Of a stretch of DNA of 32,961 nt, positions 9,860-19,429 are shown piece after piece; the stretch's first letter is position 1; the number at the start of each line of letters is the position of its first letter. Both the position numbers and the translations under genes were made by a program. The stretch is taken from positions 88,426,940 to 88,459,900 of the forward strand of contig NC_068987.1 in the NCBI RefSeq assembly GCF_001194135.2. The letters run 5' to 3'. Below the pieces are notes generated by a model. It worked only from the letters and a program-made list of their open reading frames with translations, ran no database searches and had not been told where the DNA came from. The DNA comes from Octopus bimaculoides (taxonomy: Eukaryota).

Positions 9860-10212
9860 GGCTTTCAGTGTGTCCTTAAAGCGCTTGAAAGCCTCTCTGA
9901 AAGCCTTCAACATCGACCATGCAACTTGGGAGCAGTCTGCTCTAGACAGAGAAAGTTGGCGATCAGCTGTCCACAAGGATGCCAACACATGCGAGACAAA
10001 TAGGATCACTGCTGCAGAAGACCGCAGACAAGCCAGGAAGAAAAGAGCTAAGAACCTTGTAGCAGGCGCTACCATTCCCTGTCCACACTGTCAAAGACTC
10101 TTTCGGGCGCAGATTAGCCTCACTAGCCATCAGCGGACTCACAAAGAAGCTCACCTCACCCCAGGATGACTAGATGGCCTTCGTCGCATCGACGGACAAA
10201 CTACATGCATAC
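9860..10212 (+). mobile_element. RTE-clade LINE 3' end with 28-bp 5' inversion and 11-bp TSD
   Basis: KASLKAFNIDHATWEQSALDRESWRSAVHKDANTCETNRITAAEDRRQARK...IPCPHCQRLFRAQISLTSHQRTH, a C2H2-like C-terminus typical of RTE, followed by a short UTR. 9860-9887 reads KRFKDTLKA on the minus strand. ATTGAAATTGA occurs at 9849-9859 and 10213-10223. Confidence 0.9.
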
Positions 10213-10375
10213 ATTGAAATTGAAAACGATCGTTGTTGCTTAGTTTAATCTTTAATTAAATATTTTCGAAATTGCAAAGATAATTGTTGGCAACAAATTC
10301 GACTGGAAATTAAAGAATAACTATTGGCACTTCTGGTTGTGAGTTATGAAAATATAATTGAAATTAGTTCTTCTA

Positions 10376-10650
10376 AGCGCAGGCATGGCTGTGTGGTTAA
10401 AAAGCTCGCATTGCTTGAAAATGGTTTCAGGCTTAGTCGCGATGCGCGATACTTTGGACAAGTACCTTCTGCTATAACTCCGGGTTTACAAATCCCTTGT
10501 AGAAAGTCCTAGTAACTTAGCGGTTCAGCATAGACAGCATGACTATCAAACTTAAGAAAATTAATACTAAGCTCAATTTATTTGACTAAACCCTTCAAAC
10601 CGGTTACGCATCATGGCCGCAGCTCATTGGCTGAAACATATAGAAGAAAG
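10376..10650 (+). mobile_element. Old, degraded SINE family A copy
   Basis: gcgcaggcatggctgtgtggttaa...tttggacaagtaccttct...taacttagcggttcagc...catggccgcagctcattggctgaaaca. Confidence 0.65.
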
Positions 10651-10887
10651 TGAAATGGAAAAATAAAAGAAAATATTCATTGAAAGAGTAAGTTTGAAGA
10701 TTTTCGGGTTTTACGTTTCTAGTGCAATAAATTTGATGAACATCTGGATTTGTCAAAGTGATTCTTTCGAATTACTGTATTCAGTTACCATATTCAAATA
10801 CGAAATTCAAGCAGCGCTAGTGTAATAGACGATATCAACCTTGACGTAAACACAGAGAGCATTTGCTGGCTGTTAAAACGGTGACCG

Positions 10888-10965
10888 ACAAACTCCACCA
10901 CGGAAAATTCCACCAGATAAATTTCACCATAGGTAAATGCCACCATGGTAAATTTCACCACAGGT
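10888..10965. repeat. 15-16-bp degenerate minisatellite, about 5 units (aaatttcaccatggt)
   Basis: aaactccaccacgg aaaattccaccagat aaatttcaccataggt aaatgccaccatggt aaatttcaccacaggt. Confidence 0.8.
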
Positions 10966-11377
10966 GAAATTATTATTATTACCATTATTAAAATAAATAA
11001 AGAAGAAGAGTTCCATAATTAAATTTGCTGAACACAATATTTCGGTATCTCGCTTACCTTCAACGGGTTCGAAATTTGTATCTCTTTATTACCCACTAGC
11101 GGCCAAACAAAGATAGGGACAATACATCTGATTGGGGTCAGATAAAACTTATGGGTTTACACAAATATGAAACAATTAAAAATATAATAAAATCGAAAAT
11201 CGAATGTTTTACAACAAACAACACACAAAACAATATAGACAGATGAAGTGGGGGACTGGGTTACGCTCCGACCCCACAAGCCCCATCACACCAGTGACAC
11301 TTTCGAAGACACCTATGGCGTATTCAATTGGACCCTTTCACTCGCAACTCTCGAGCGACATATTTCCATCTTGATTG

Positions 11378-11452
11378 AAACACTTTCTCCGACAAACACT
11401 TTCTCCGACAAACACTTTTTCCGACAAACACTTTTTCCGACAAACACTTTCT
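11378..11452. repeat. 16-bp tandem repeat, about 4.5 units, inside the LINE ORF
   Basis: Four units of aaacacttt(c/t)tccgac at 11378, 11394, 11410 and 11426, plus a partial unit. Confidence 0.9.
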
Positions 11453-12391
11453 CTCCAGTCGTATTTTTCTTTTCAAATGAAAAGAAAAATATCTCACCAG
11501 ACCTTGACTGGAGATGAAAGTGCCCGTCTTGTTCCCTTCCATTCTAGTCTTCCACACAACCTCTTTCGCTACTGCTACTGTAATGAGGAAATTTTTCTTA
11601 CCTTCGTTTGATAACAAACTTGGCGGGTCAATTTTTATAATTGACTCAGCCGACAATTGTACTCTTCCTTCACTTGACACTAGGTGTTCCACGTAAACCC
11701 ACAATTCAGAGACCCCCGAACGTCGTACAATAGCGTGCGGGACGGTTTCCCTATCCCGCCCGCATCTTGGACAGGTCGGTGATATCTGCGTTCCATGTCT
11801 TGCAAGTTTATCGCGAACGGGCAAGGCTCCTCTGTAGCATTGCCAGGTCAAAGACATTTGGAAATTATCCAACGACTTCAACCCGAATGTACGGAAGAAC
11901 AGGCTGTCGAGTTCAATAAATCCGAGACCCAGAGTCGTTCCCAGGTCATCGTCACATTCTGCCTCTACTAACCCTCTATAAAAGAATGCTGTAGAACCCC
12001 CGCTGCCGGCGTTGCCCGAGCGTTGGAATAGCAGGAGAGCCTTACGACACTCCGTGTACCATTGACTCAACCTCGGTCTACAATAGCACCAAGCTTCCTT
12101 TGCACTCATACTGGCAAAGTTGGGGAACATTTGTCTTGTCGACGGAGACCACACCTGGTCACCATCCAGGAGTATCCAAAGATGCCTCAACCTCAACGCA
12201 TGTCTGCGCATCATCAACCAAGGCATCCCTAAACCTCCCTTTAACGGTTTCTGGCAACAGATAGAGCGTCTCACAAGTGGCTTCGAGCCCCTCCACAAAA
12301 AGTGAAAGAGCTGTCTTTCCAACTTGGTCAACCACGAATCCGGGCAAGGAACGACGGTCAGGCGGTAGGTAATAACCGATGCGATAAACAC

Positions 12392-12524
12392 NNNNNNNNN
12401 NNNNNNNNNNNNNNNNNNNNNNNNNNNNNNNNNNNNNNNNNNNNNNNNNNNNNNNNNNNNNNNNNNNNNNNNNNNNNNNNNNNNNNNNNNNNNNNNNNNN
12501 NNNNNNNNNNNNNNNNNNNNNNNN
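12392..12524. other. Assembly gap (133 N) within the Tx1-like LINE
   Basis: Run of N. Confidence 1.
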
Positions 12525-12969
12525 CGGCCCCTCCGTCCAGCGTCCTACGACGCTATCCGAAGGCATCGACTTGCCCCTCCAGGTGCCGAGTTGCAAGCCG
12601 ACTGACTTCTACAGGTTCGAAATTTGGTATGTCAGTCTACTTCATTTTTTTTTATAGATAATATAGGACTGCTATGACTCCTCTGGAGGGAATATATAAA
12701 TAAAGAAGAAGAGTTCCATAATTAAATTTGCTGAACACAATATTTCGGTATCTCTCTTACCTTCAACGGGTTCGAAATTTGGTATGTCAGTCTACTTCAT
12801 TTTTTTTTTACAGATAATATAGGACTGCTATGACTCCTCTGGAGAGAATATGTAAATAAAGAAGAAGAGTTCCATAATTAAATTTGCTGAGCACAATATT
12901 TCGGTGCATAACTTAGGCCACAACATTATTCCGGAACGTCTTATGTCAGTCTATTGCAAGGTTCCAGGT

Positions 12970-13210
12970 CTGCCAATTTTGAAGGGACGCAGCAAGTCGA
13001 TTGCATTGACCCGAGTATTAACTGGTACTTAATGGAAGAAGTGGTGCTAAGCATCTTCTCCGATGTGCTAGAGCTTGCTCTCTCTGTGTAATATATTGAT
13101 TTCAAATTTTAGCAACCTAAGAGGAATTTGAACTCAGAACGTGAAGACGGACGAAATGACACTAAGCATTTTGTCCGGCATGTTAACGATTCTACCAACT
13201 CACCGCCTTT
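12970..13210 (-). mobile_element. Degraded SINE family B with a foreign central segment (about 13033-13118)
   Basis: caagtcgattgcattgacccgagtattaactggtactta ... ggaatttgaactcagaacgtgaagacggacgaaatgacactaagcattttgtccggcatgttaacgattctaccaactcaccgcc. Confidence 0.7.
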
Positions 13211-13534
13211 CCTTTTTGTAACATGTTAACAGCGTTTATTGATTTACATCGACAAGTGAAATAGAAAGTCAATTTCAGTTGAATTGGAATAATCATCAGA
13301 TTATTATAAACGCCACCTTACTTTAAACATATTTAAACTGTCTCTGTTTGTGATTCATTCCTCTATGCAAGGATTAATAAATGCTCCAAATAGTATGTTA
13401 TTCTGCTTTAATAGATATCTTCAAGGTTATGCCAAGATTTTAGTGCAAGATACATTTTGGCACTTACGTATATTAAGAACAATCTGCAGCTCATATGTTG
13501 AAAATATTCATACATATTTATATACATCTATTGC

Positions 13535-13745
13535 AAAGGTCGCGAGCTGGCAGAATAGTTAGCACTTCGAGCACAATGCTCCGTGACCTTCTGACTCGTC
13601 ATTATCTGAGTTCAAATCCATGCGAAGTTAGCTTTGTCTTTCATACCTTTCGGATCGATAAAACAAAGCACCAGTCAAGTACACAAAATCCATATAAAAG
13701 GCTTGTCTATTCCCACTCCAAAATTGCTGGGCTTGAACCCTGTAA
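13535..13745 (+). mobile_element. Old SINE family B copy
   Basis: aaggtcgcgagctggcagaatagttagcac...ctgagttcaaatcc...ctttgtctttcatacctttcggatcgataaaa...ccaaaattgctggg. Confidence 0.7.
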
Positions 13746-14607
13746 CTGAGGAATGTTTTGATCGTAGCTGTTTATGTCATGAAAACTGGGTTATCGGCCT
13801 TATAGGGTCTAGGGCTCAAGAAAGAAATATTTATACAGGTGTGCATGTAATCATATCTACATTGTTGCATGACTTATTTAAAAATTAATACAGATTATCC
13901 CAGTTAATTATCTTTATTTCACCCACACAAAAAATATCCACATAAAAGTGGTTCAACCAATCAACAATTTCTATGCAAATGTGTTTTTTATTTAGAAACT
14001 CAAATTTGAACATATGAACATATGGAATTGTAGAAATTCAGCACAAGCTCAGATTTCATCGAAACGACTTCATTAAATAGTTCATGTGATCTTAACTCAG
14101 GACATAGAGGAACAAACTGTAGTATAAATAATGTTACACGAAGCAGCGTTGAATAAAGTATATTCGTGTAAAGTGATATTTAACATGTTCGAGTGCATTT
14201 GGACATGCGAAGGCCTTCCACTGCAGAAATAATGTTTTCACAATGTTTAAATGAGGAATTTTCTCCCGAAACTATCCTGGCAGCGAAAGGTCTTAACACA
14301 TCCTAATAAACTTGAATGTGTTAAATATAATTTCATACGGATATATTTTATTGAACGCTGCTCCGCGCGACATTATTTATATCATTCAAGCCTAGCCAGC
14401 CAGTCTTTACAGACATCAACAAATGTTGCTATACGCTGTTTTGATAAGAATAATTTCGTTGTTCGTCATTCGGTGTTATTGACGCAGTAAAATAACGAAG
14501 AAACGCATTCGTTCTACGATCTAGTGTCATGATTCTCAGCCCAATATGTTTTCACACATGTCTAGGAGGAGAATTTTCTGCCCGGGACTATCTCCACAAC
14601 AGCCTTC

Positions 14608-14660
14608 TCTCTCTCTCTTTCTCTATCTCTCTCCCTCTCTCTCTCCCCCTTCTCTCTGTA
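14608..14660. repeat. (CT)n-rich microsatellite
   Basis: Direct reading. Confidence 0.85.
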
Positions 14661-14929
14661 TGTGTACAATATCGCTCATTTAGATGCAGTGTGGTAACTG
14701 TTACTTTAATATTGCACATATGTAGTTAACCCCGTTCCTAATATATTTAAAATGACACAGAAAGAGGTATGACCGTTCAAGCAGTTATCTTTTCTGAGAT
14801 TATACGAAATGAATTTGAATTAAATTTGTTTGTTGACCCGGAGTAGATCGATCGTCAAAAGGCAGATCAGAAAATATCCCGACAGGATTCTCACGTTTTT
14901 TATCTTCTTTTACTGTATTTCTTGTATCA

Positions 14930-15290
14930 TTTAACTCTTATCCTTTACATGTTTTAGCCATTGGACTACGGTCATGCTGGGGCACAGATTTGGAAATTCT
15001 AGTCGAACAAATCCACCCTAGTACTTATTCTATCGGTCTCTTTCATCGAACTGCCAAGTTACAAACCTACACCAATTGTCAAGCAGTTTGTGTGTGTGTG
15101 CGCGCGGTGGTGGTAGTTGGGAGACTACACGAAGAAAGACAGTTTTCGTCTGCCAAATTCAGTCAAAAAGCATCAGTCAACACGGGTTATAACAGAAATC
15201 TAATGCCCAAAGTGCCGAGCAGTGGAATTGAACCCAAAATCATGTTGTTGCAAGGCAAGTGTCTTACACCAAACGGCTACTCCTGCATCT
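14930..15290 (-). mobile_element. Old SINE family A copy
   Basis: catgctggggcac...tagtcgaacaaatc...tagtacttattctatcggtctc...tgcccaaagtgcc..gcagtggaattgaaccc...cggctactcctgcatct. Confidence 0.75.
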
Positions 15291-16069
15291 ATGTGAATAC
15301 ATTGCATTTCGTTTAAATAGAAGCATAAAGAAACTTCGTTTTTCAGATAGTCTTGAAGATTATGGTAATTGAACATTCTAACAGCCAACGAACGGGCAAG
15401 TCCATATTGGTTCTTATATTCTTGTTTGATCACGTTTCTCTTCGGTTTCATATAAATGCAAGCATCTCAACATCAAATTTCTCCTTTTTCTTGCATTAAA
15501 TAAAACAAGGACAAAAATCCTCAAGATTTCTCGTGTCACGTTGTAAAATACTGGAGAAATTTTCTGCGATTCGATTTCCTGATGAGTTTTCCACTCAGCA
15601 AAAAGGGGAAGAAAAACCTCAAAATTTCCGGAATCACAATCAAAAACGCTGGCGGAATGAATGCAAAGTCTTCTGCGATTCGATTTCCAAATGCGCATTC
15701 AGTTCAGGAAGAAAGAATGTGAACGCTTACCCCAAAGGTAAATTAAAAAATGAAATAAGTTCAGCAATGAAACAAAAACAATTGTGCATTACGTCTGATG
15801 TATACACACGTATATACACATGCGTGTTTAAAGAAAAGCTAAAAGAAAATATCCTATGATGAATTACAATTTGAAGAATATAAGAAGGAAATGATGGTTC
15901 TAAGAAAGCCTTCCAAAATGGCAATTAGTAGGAACAAGATATAAGTTTTTCTTTTGATTCAGCAAAACCAATTACTAGTGAAATGGAAAACAAGTAAAAT
16001 TAATTAGATGTATATAAGAGTTCTAGTTTCGCTCGAAATATATGTATTTATGTATAAATCTATGTATGC

Positions 16070-16111
16070 TACTCTCTCTCTCTTTTTCACTCTCACTTTC
16101 TCTCCCTCCCC

Positions 16112-16145
<34 letters not shown>

Positions 16146-16292
16146 CTACAGCATTATATTTATATGCATATGGATGTATATATGTACTTATGGCTATATA
16201 TATGTATGCACATATAGTACTAGTATATCTCTATAATTATGTCTAGAGATGAATGTATATGTATGTAAATATACTTGTCTGAATAGATACGT

Positions 16293-16335
<43 letters not shown>

Positions 16336-16337
16336 TA
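16070..16337. repeat. (CT)n/(TA)n microsatellite-rich block
   Basis: Direct reading. Confidence 0.85.
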
Positions 16338-16850
16338 CAGGATGAGTGGAAAACAACTAGGCATTAGAAATTGCTTATAGAATTTTTAGTATCACTGTAG
16401 TCATGACGAAAACATCTTTTGAACAGTCAACACTAATGGGGATTTTTTTTAAATTTTCTTATTTTCTTATTGTCTTATTTCTTATTTTCTAGATGGCCGG
16501 TCGCTAAGATAGCAGCACGCTATGAAGTGTGGAATTCCATTGTTTTGGTTCAGAGATGGTACCGTGCATAGAAGTGTAAGAATGCACCACTACGCCCGGA
16601 GACAATAAAAAGTTTTCATGCAAAGCTGATGACCACGGGCTCTGTGAACGATGCAAGAAGTGGCCGTCGAACCACGTCCCAATCAACGGGAATGTTTAAT
16701 AACAGCCTGCAAAAATCAACACGTCAAGCAGCTCGTGAAAGTTGACTAACAAGACACACAACACGTACGGTGCTGCATAAAGAATTGAATTTTCTTTCGT
16801 GAAAACTGCATTATGTGCAGGAGCTAAAACCTGAAGACTGTGACCGCAGA
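16338..16850 (+). mobile_element. Tc1/mariner-superfamily remnant (DUF4817-type HTH, maT/DD37D-like), 5' part only
   Basis: Begins after TA with caggatgagtgg. It encodes KIAARYEVWNSIVLVQRW...LRPETIK.FHAKLMTTGSVNDA.RSGR.TTS...QKSTRQAARES*LTR.T...VLHKELNF..KLHYVQELKPEDCDRR and breaks off at the Penelope fragment. Confidence 0.75.
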
Positions 16851-16857
16851 AGTCCAG

Positions 16858-17795
16858 AACTCCATCGGTCAAACAGGACGCCACTTGGCTGACCGGTTCG
16901 CGCAGCACCTCCGAGACATCAGACTCGGCAATGACACCCCGGCCTCACGCCATTTCCGCTCTACCGGTCATTCCCTACAACATCCGTCTGTGTTCGGACT
17001 GTCTTTGCACAAGGGCCATCCGGACTCCCGCCTTTGCCGTGAACAGGAATTAATCTACTCTCTTCGCCCCTTTGCGTCACATGGGCTCAACTCCCCTCAT
17101 CTCTTCATGTGACTCCCCTTTTCTCTTCATCTGACTACCCTCCTCTCTCCATCTGACACCTACTTCTTCTCTTCATTCCTACCTGCCTCCCCTCTTCATT
17201 GATACTACCCCTACCCCGCCATATCCTCACCTACCCCATTCAACCCATCACCTCCTACCCCCACCATCCACCTCACCTTAGCCCACCCCACCCCATCACC
17301 CACACCACTCCACACACACTAGCACTGACCACTTCCCAACACCCACACCACACACCATCATCCACACACCCACATACGATCTTCAATAGCGTCACCACAC
17401 ACATCATTATATGAGCAGCCACATGTTACAGACGCACACACATTCACACGCACACACGTCAAAGTCACTAGCCCCTATTCACATACACACAATTATACAT
17501 TCACACACACCATTCTCACATACACACGCACACACACACTCATTTGGGATACCCAGCACTTTATTATCTCCCTTTCTTTCGACCTCTTCTTTCAAACATT
17601 TTTCTAATCATTCGCCATGCTTGGCCAACAAATCTGAAAACTTTTTATTCTCTCTATTTATTTTCTCCTATTCGTTTCTACTGAAGAGCGTTGTCTCGAA
17701 ACGTAAAAGACTTTTTCATTTTTGCGAGCGTGAAACTAATACACCTGTTTATTGTTCATATAACTGTCTTCGTCTTGTTTTTCTATATGTTTTGG
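16858..17795 (+). mobile_element. Penelope-like element 3' end: GIY-YIG C-terminal half, C/CA-rich spacer, pLTR-like end
   Basis: IGQTGRHLADRFAQHLRDIRLGNDTPASRHFRSTGHSLQH.SVFGL...RLCREQELIYSL....HGLN (stop 17110-17112). A pyrimidine/CA-rich tract follows, then ctgaagag...cgaaacg. Confidence 0.85.
17670..17780 (+). ncRNA. Candidate (probably degenerate) hammerhead ribozyme motif of the Penelope pLTR
   Basis: CTGAAGAG at 17681-17688 and CGAAAC at 17697-17702. A possible stem III is acg(taa)aagac / gtctt-cgt with a GUC triplet near 17767-17773. I could not close stem I by eye. Confidence 0.4.
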
Positions 17796-18082
17796 TGACA
17801 ACGTCGTGTAGCATTCAGAGGTAACACTTTGATGAGATTTTTAGGCAGCTGTTAATCATATCTAATGTCTTCCACAAAAATATTTTACATAATCTACATT
17901 TTCGGTTGCATCTTGGAGCTCCAAGAACTTCATTGTCTTTTTTGCATATTAAGGACTTCGTAGCAATCTCCTGTTCTTGGCTTGCAAACGCTTAGCCTTT
18001 GAAGTGTGATGTGATGTAGCGGTCGCGAGTCCATAAGGGGCTTTGCTTCGTATAAGTATGTATGTATGTACACACACACACA

Positions 18083-18540
18083 TTCGAGGGAGTGCTCAAA
18101 CGTTCCTGACTTTAAGGGTGTCGCGAAAGGACTGGTTGGTGGCTTAATCTTCCTTGTTCTTTTGCAGGACTTAGAAAAAATTTTTTTTTTCTACTCTAGG
18201 CACAAGGCCTGAAATTTTTGAGGGAGGAGGCAGTTCATTAGATCGACCCCAGAACGCAACTGGTAATTTATCGACCCCGAAAGGGTGAAAGACAAAGTCG
18301 GCCTTGGCAGAATTTGAACTCAGAGCGTAAAGACAGACGAAATACCGCTAAGCATTTCGCCCGGCGTGCTTACGTTTCTGCCAGCTCGACACCTTAGGAC
18401 TTGGAAAATCTGAAGGACCACTGCAGTCAGTAAGTGTGTGAATCTGAGAGGGGACTATATTGAATAAAAGCATAATTAACTGATCGTCTGGTATTTTCTG
18501 ATAAAGTTCCAAAGTCAGGAACTTTATAGCACCCCTCGGT
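18083..18540. mobile_element. Mariner-derived MITE (about 240 bp of its own sequence) split by a SINE
   Basis: The TIR cgagggagtgctcaaacgttcctgacttt (18085-18113) is the inverse of aaagtcaggaactttatagcacccctcg (18511-18538). An internal remnant of a mariner C-terminus reads ...KCVNLRGDYIE*. Confidence 0.85.
18181..18395 (-). mobile_element. SINE family B inserted in the MITE, with about 13-bp TSD
   Basis: aggacttagaaaa (18166-18178) and aggacttggaaaa (18396-18408) flank a complete reverse SINE-B. Confidence 0.9.
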
Positions 18541-18699
18541 GTTCTTTCAGTTTCCGTCGAACACATAGGCTCAGAAGGCATTGGTTAGCCCGGGCTATAG
18601 TAAGAGACACTTGCCCAAAGTGACACGCAATAGAACTGAACCCCAAATCCATATGTTTGCAAAGCTTAGCTTCTTAACCATGCAGCCTTGCCTGCGCTT
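18541..18699 (-). mobile_element. SINE family A, 5' half
   Basis: ttctttcagtttccgtc...gggctatagtaagagacacttgcccaaagtgacacgcaa..gaactgaaccc...aaccatgcagccttgcctgcgc. Confidence 0.8.
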
Positions 18700-18715
18700 G
18701 TATGTATGATAAATA

Positions 18716-18909
18716 TTCTACTTGTTTCAGTTATTTGACTGCGGCCATACTGGAGCACCGCCTTTAGTCGAACAAATCGACTCCAGGACATATTCTTTGT
18801 AAGCCTAATACGTATTCCATCGTTCTCTTTTGCAGAACCGCTAAGTTTACGGGGATGTAAACACACCAGCATCGGTTGTCAAGTGATGGTGGGGAGACAA
18901 ACACACACA

Positions 18910-18967
<58 letters not shown>

Positions 18968-19135
18968 CACACGATGAGATACTTTCAGTGTCCGTCTACC
19001 GTATCCACTCACAAGGCTTTGGTCGGACCAAGGTCATAGTAGAAGACAATTGCCCAAGGTGCCACGCAGTGGGACTGAACCCGGAACCATGTGGTTGGTA
19101 AGCAAGCTTCTTACCACACAGCCACTGCTGCGCCT
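18716..19135 (-). mobile_element. SINE family A, best-preserved full-length copy, with internal (TA)n(TG)n
   Basis: Complete head, core, microsatellite (about 18900-18970) and 3' half, collinear with 6032-6600. Confidence 0.95.
19071..19124 (-). promoter_or_regulatory. Pol III internal promoter of the SINE-A head (A and B boxes)
   Basis: TGGCTGTGTGG (19124-19114) resembles TRGCNNAGYGG. GGTTCAGTCCC (19081-19071) resembles GGTTCGANTCC. Spacing is tRNA-like. Confidence 0.65.
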
Positions 19136-19429
19136 ATATATGTATATGTATGACAGTTTGTTCTTTCAAAATATACGCTGATACATATGTTTTGAGAATT
19201 TGGATAATTTGCTAGAAATATAAAGATAAGATAGAAAGAAACATACTACTTTGGTAATTAATGAATTAAGAACATTCTTTTCTTTTTTGACCACCATTTA
19301 ATATCATTTTGCGATGAATTTTTAATGTTTTTCTCGAGACCAAATTGTTTCTAATAAGCTTGAGGCACTTTGTCTGCGTTGTGGCACATTTTTGCTTTTA
19401 TTCTTATACATACATGTACTTTCATATAT

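Larger units (their letters stand above)
11079..12613 (-). mobile_element. 5'-truncated Tx1/L1-clade LINE (end of RT, CCHC zinc region, 3' UTR) with 13-bp TSD
   Basis: ORF 12391-11324: IASVITYRLTVVPCP..KLERQLFHFLW.G...CCQKPLKGGLGMP...WQCYRGALPVRDKL...CPRCGRDRETVPHA. The segment beyond the gap reads KSVGLQLGTWRGK. aataaa lies near the 3' end. GGTTCGAAATTTG occurs at 11066-11078 and 12614-12626. Confidence 0.9.
10990..12905. repeat. About 155-bp tandem repeat (about 2.4 units: 10990-11078 plus 12614-12905) interrupted by a LINE
   Basis: ataaataaagaagaagagttccataattaaatttgctgaacacaatatttcggt occurs at about 10992, 12697 and 12854. ggttcgaaatttggtatgtcagtc occurs at 12614 and 12769 (period 155). 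Confidence 0.9.

Noticed and set aside
10888-11452. Short direct repeats considered as CRISPR-like arrays
   Set aside because: The units are contiguous with no unique spacers, the context is eukaryotic, and no cas genes are present.
15580-15606. CTGATGAG followed by a short hairpin (also CTGATGAG on the minus strand near 22890 and the plus strand near 32063) as further hammerheads
   Set aside because: There is no correctly placed GAAA box after stem II and no PLE context.
19060-19135. tRNA gene call for SINE heads (also 6032-6105 and 7054-7140)
   Set aside because: A and B boxes are present, but the sequence continues into multi-copy SINE bodies and I see no complete cloverleaf.
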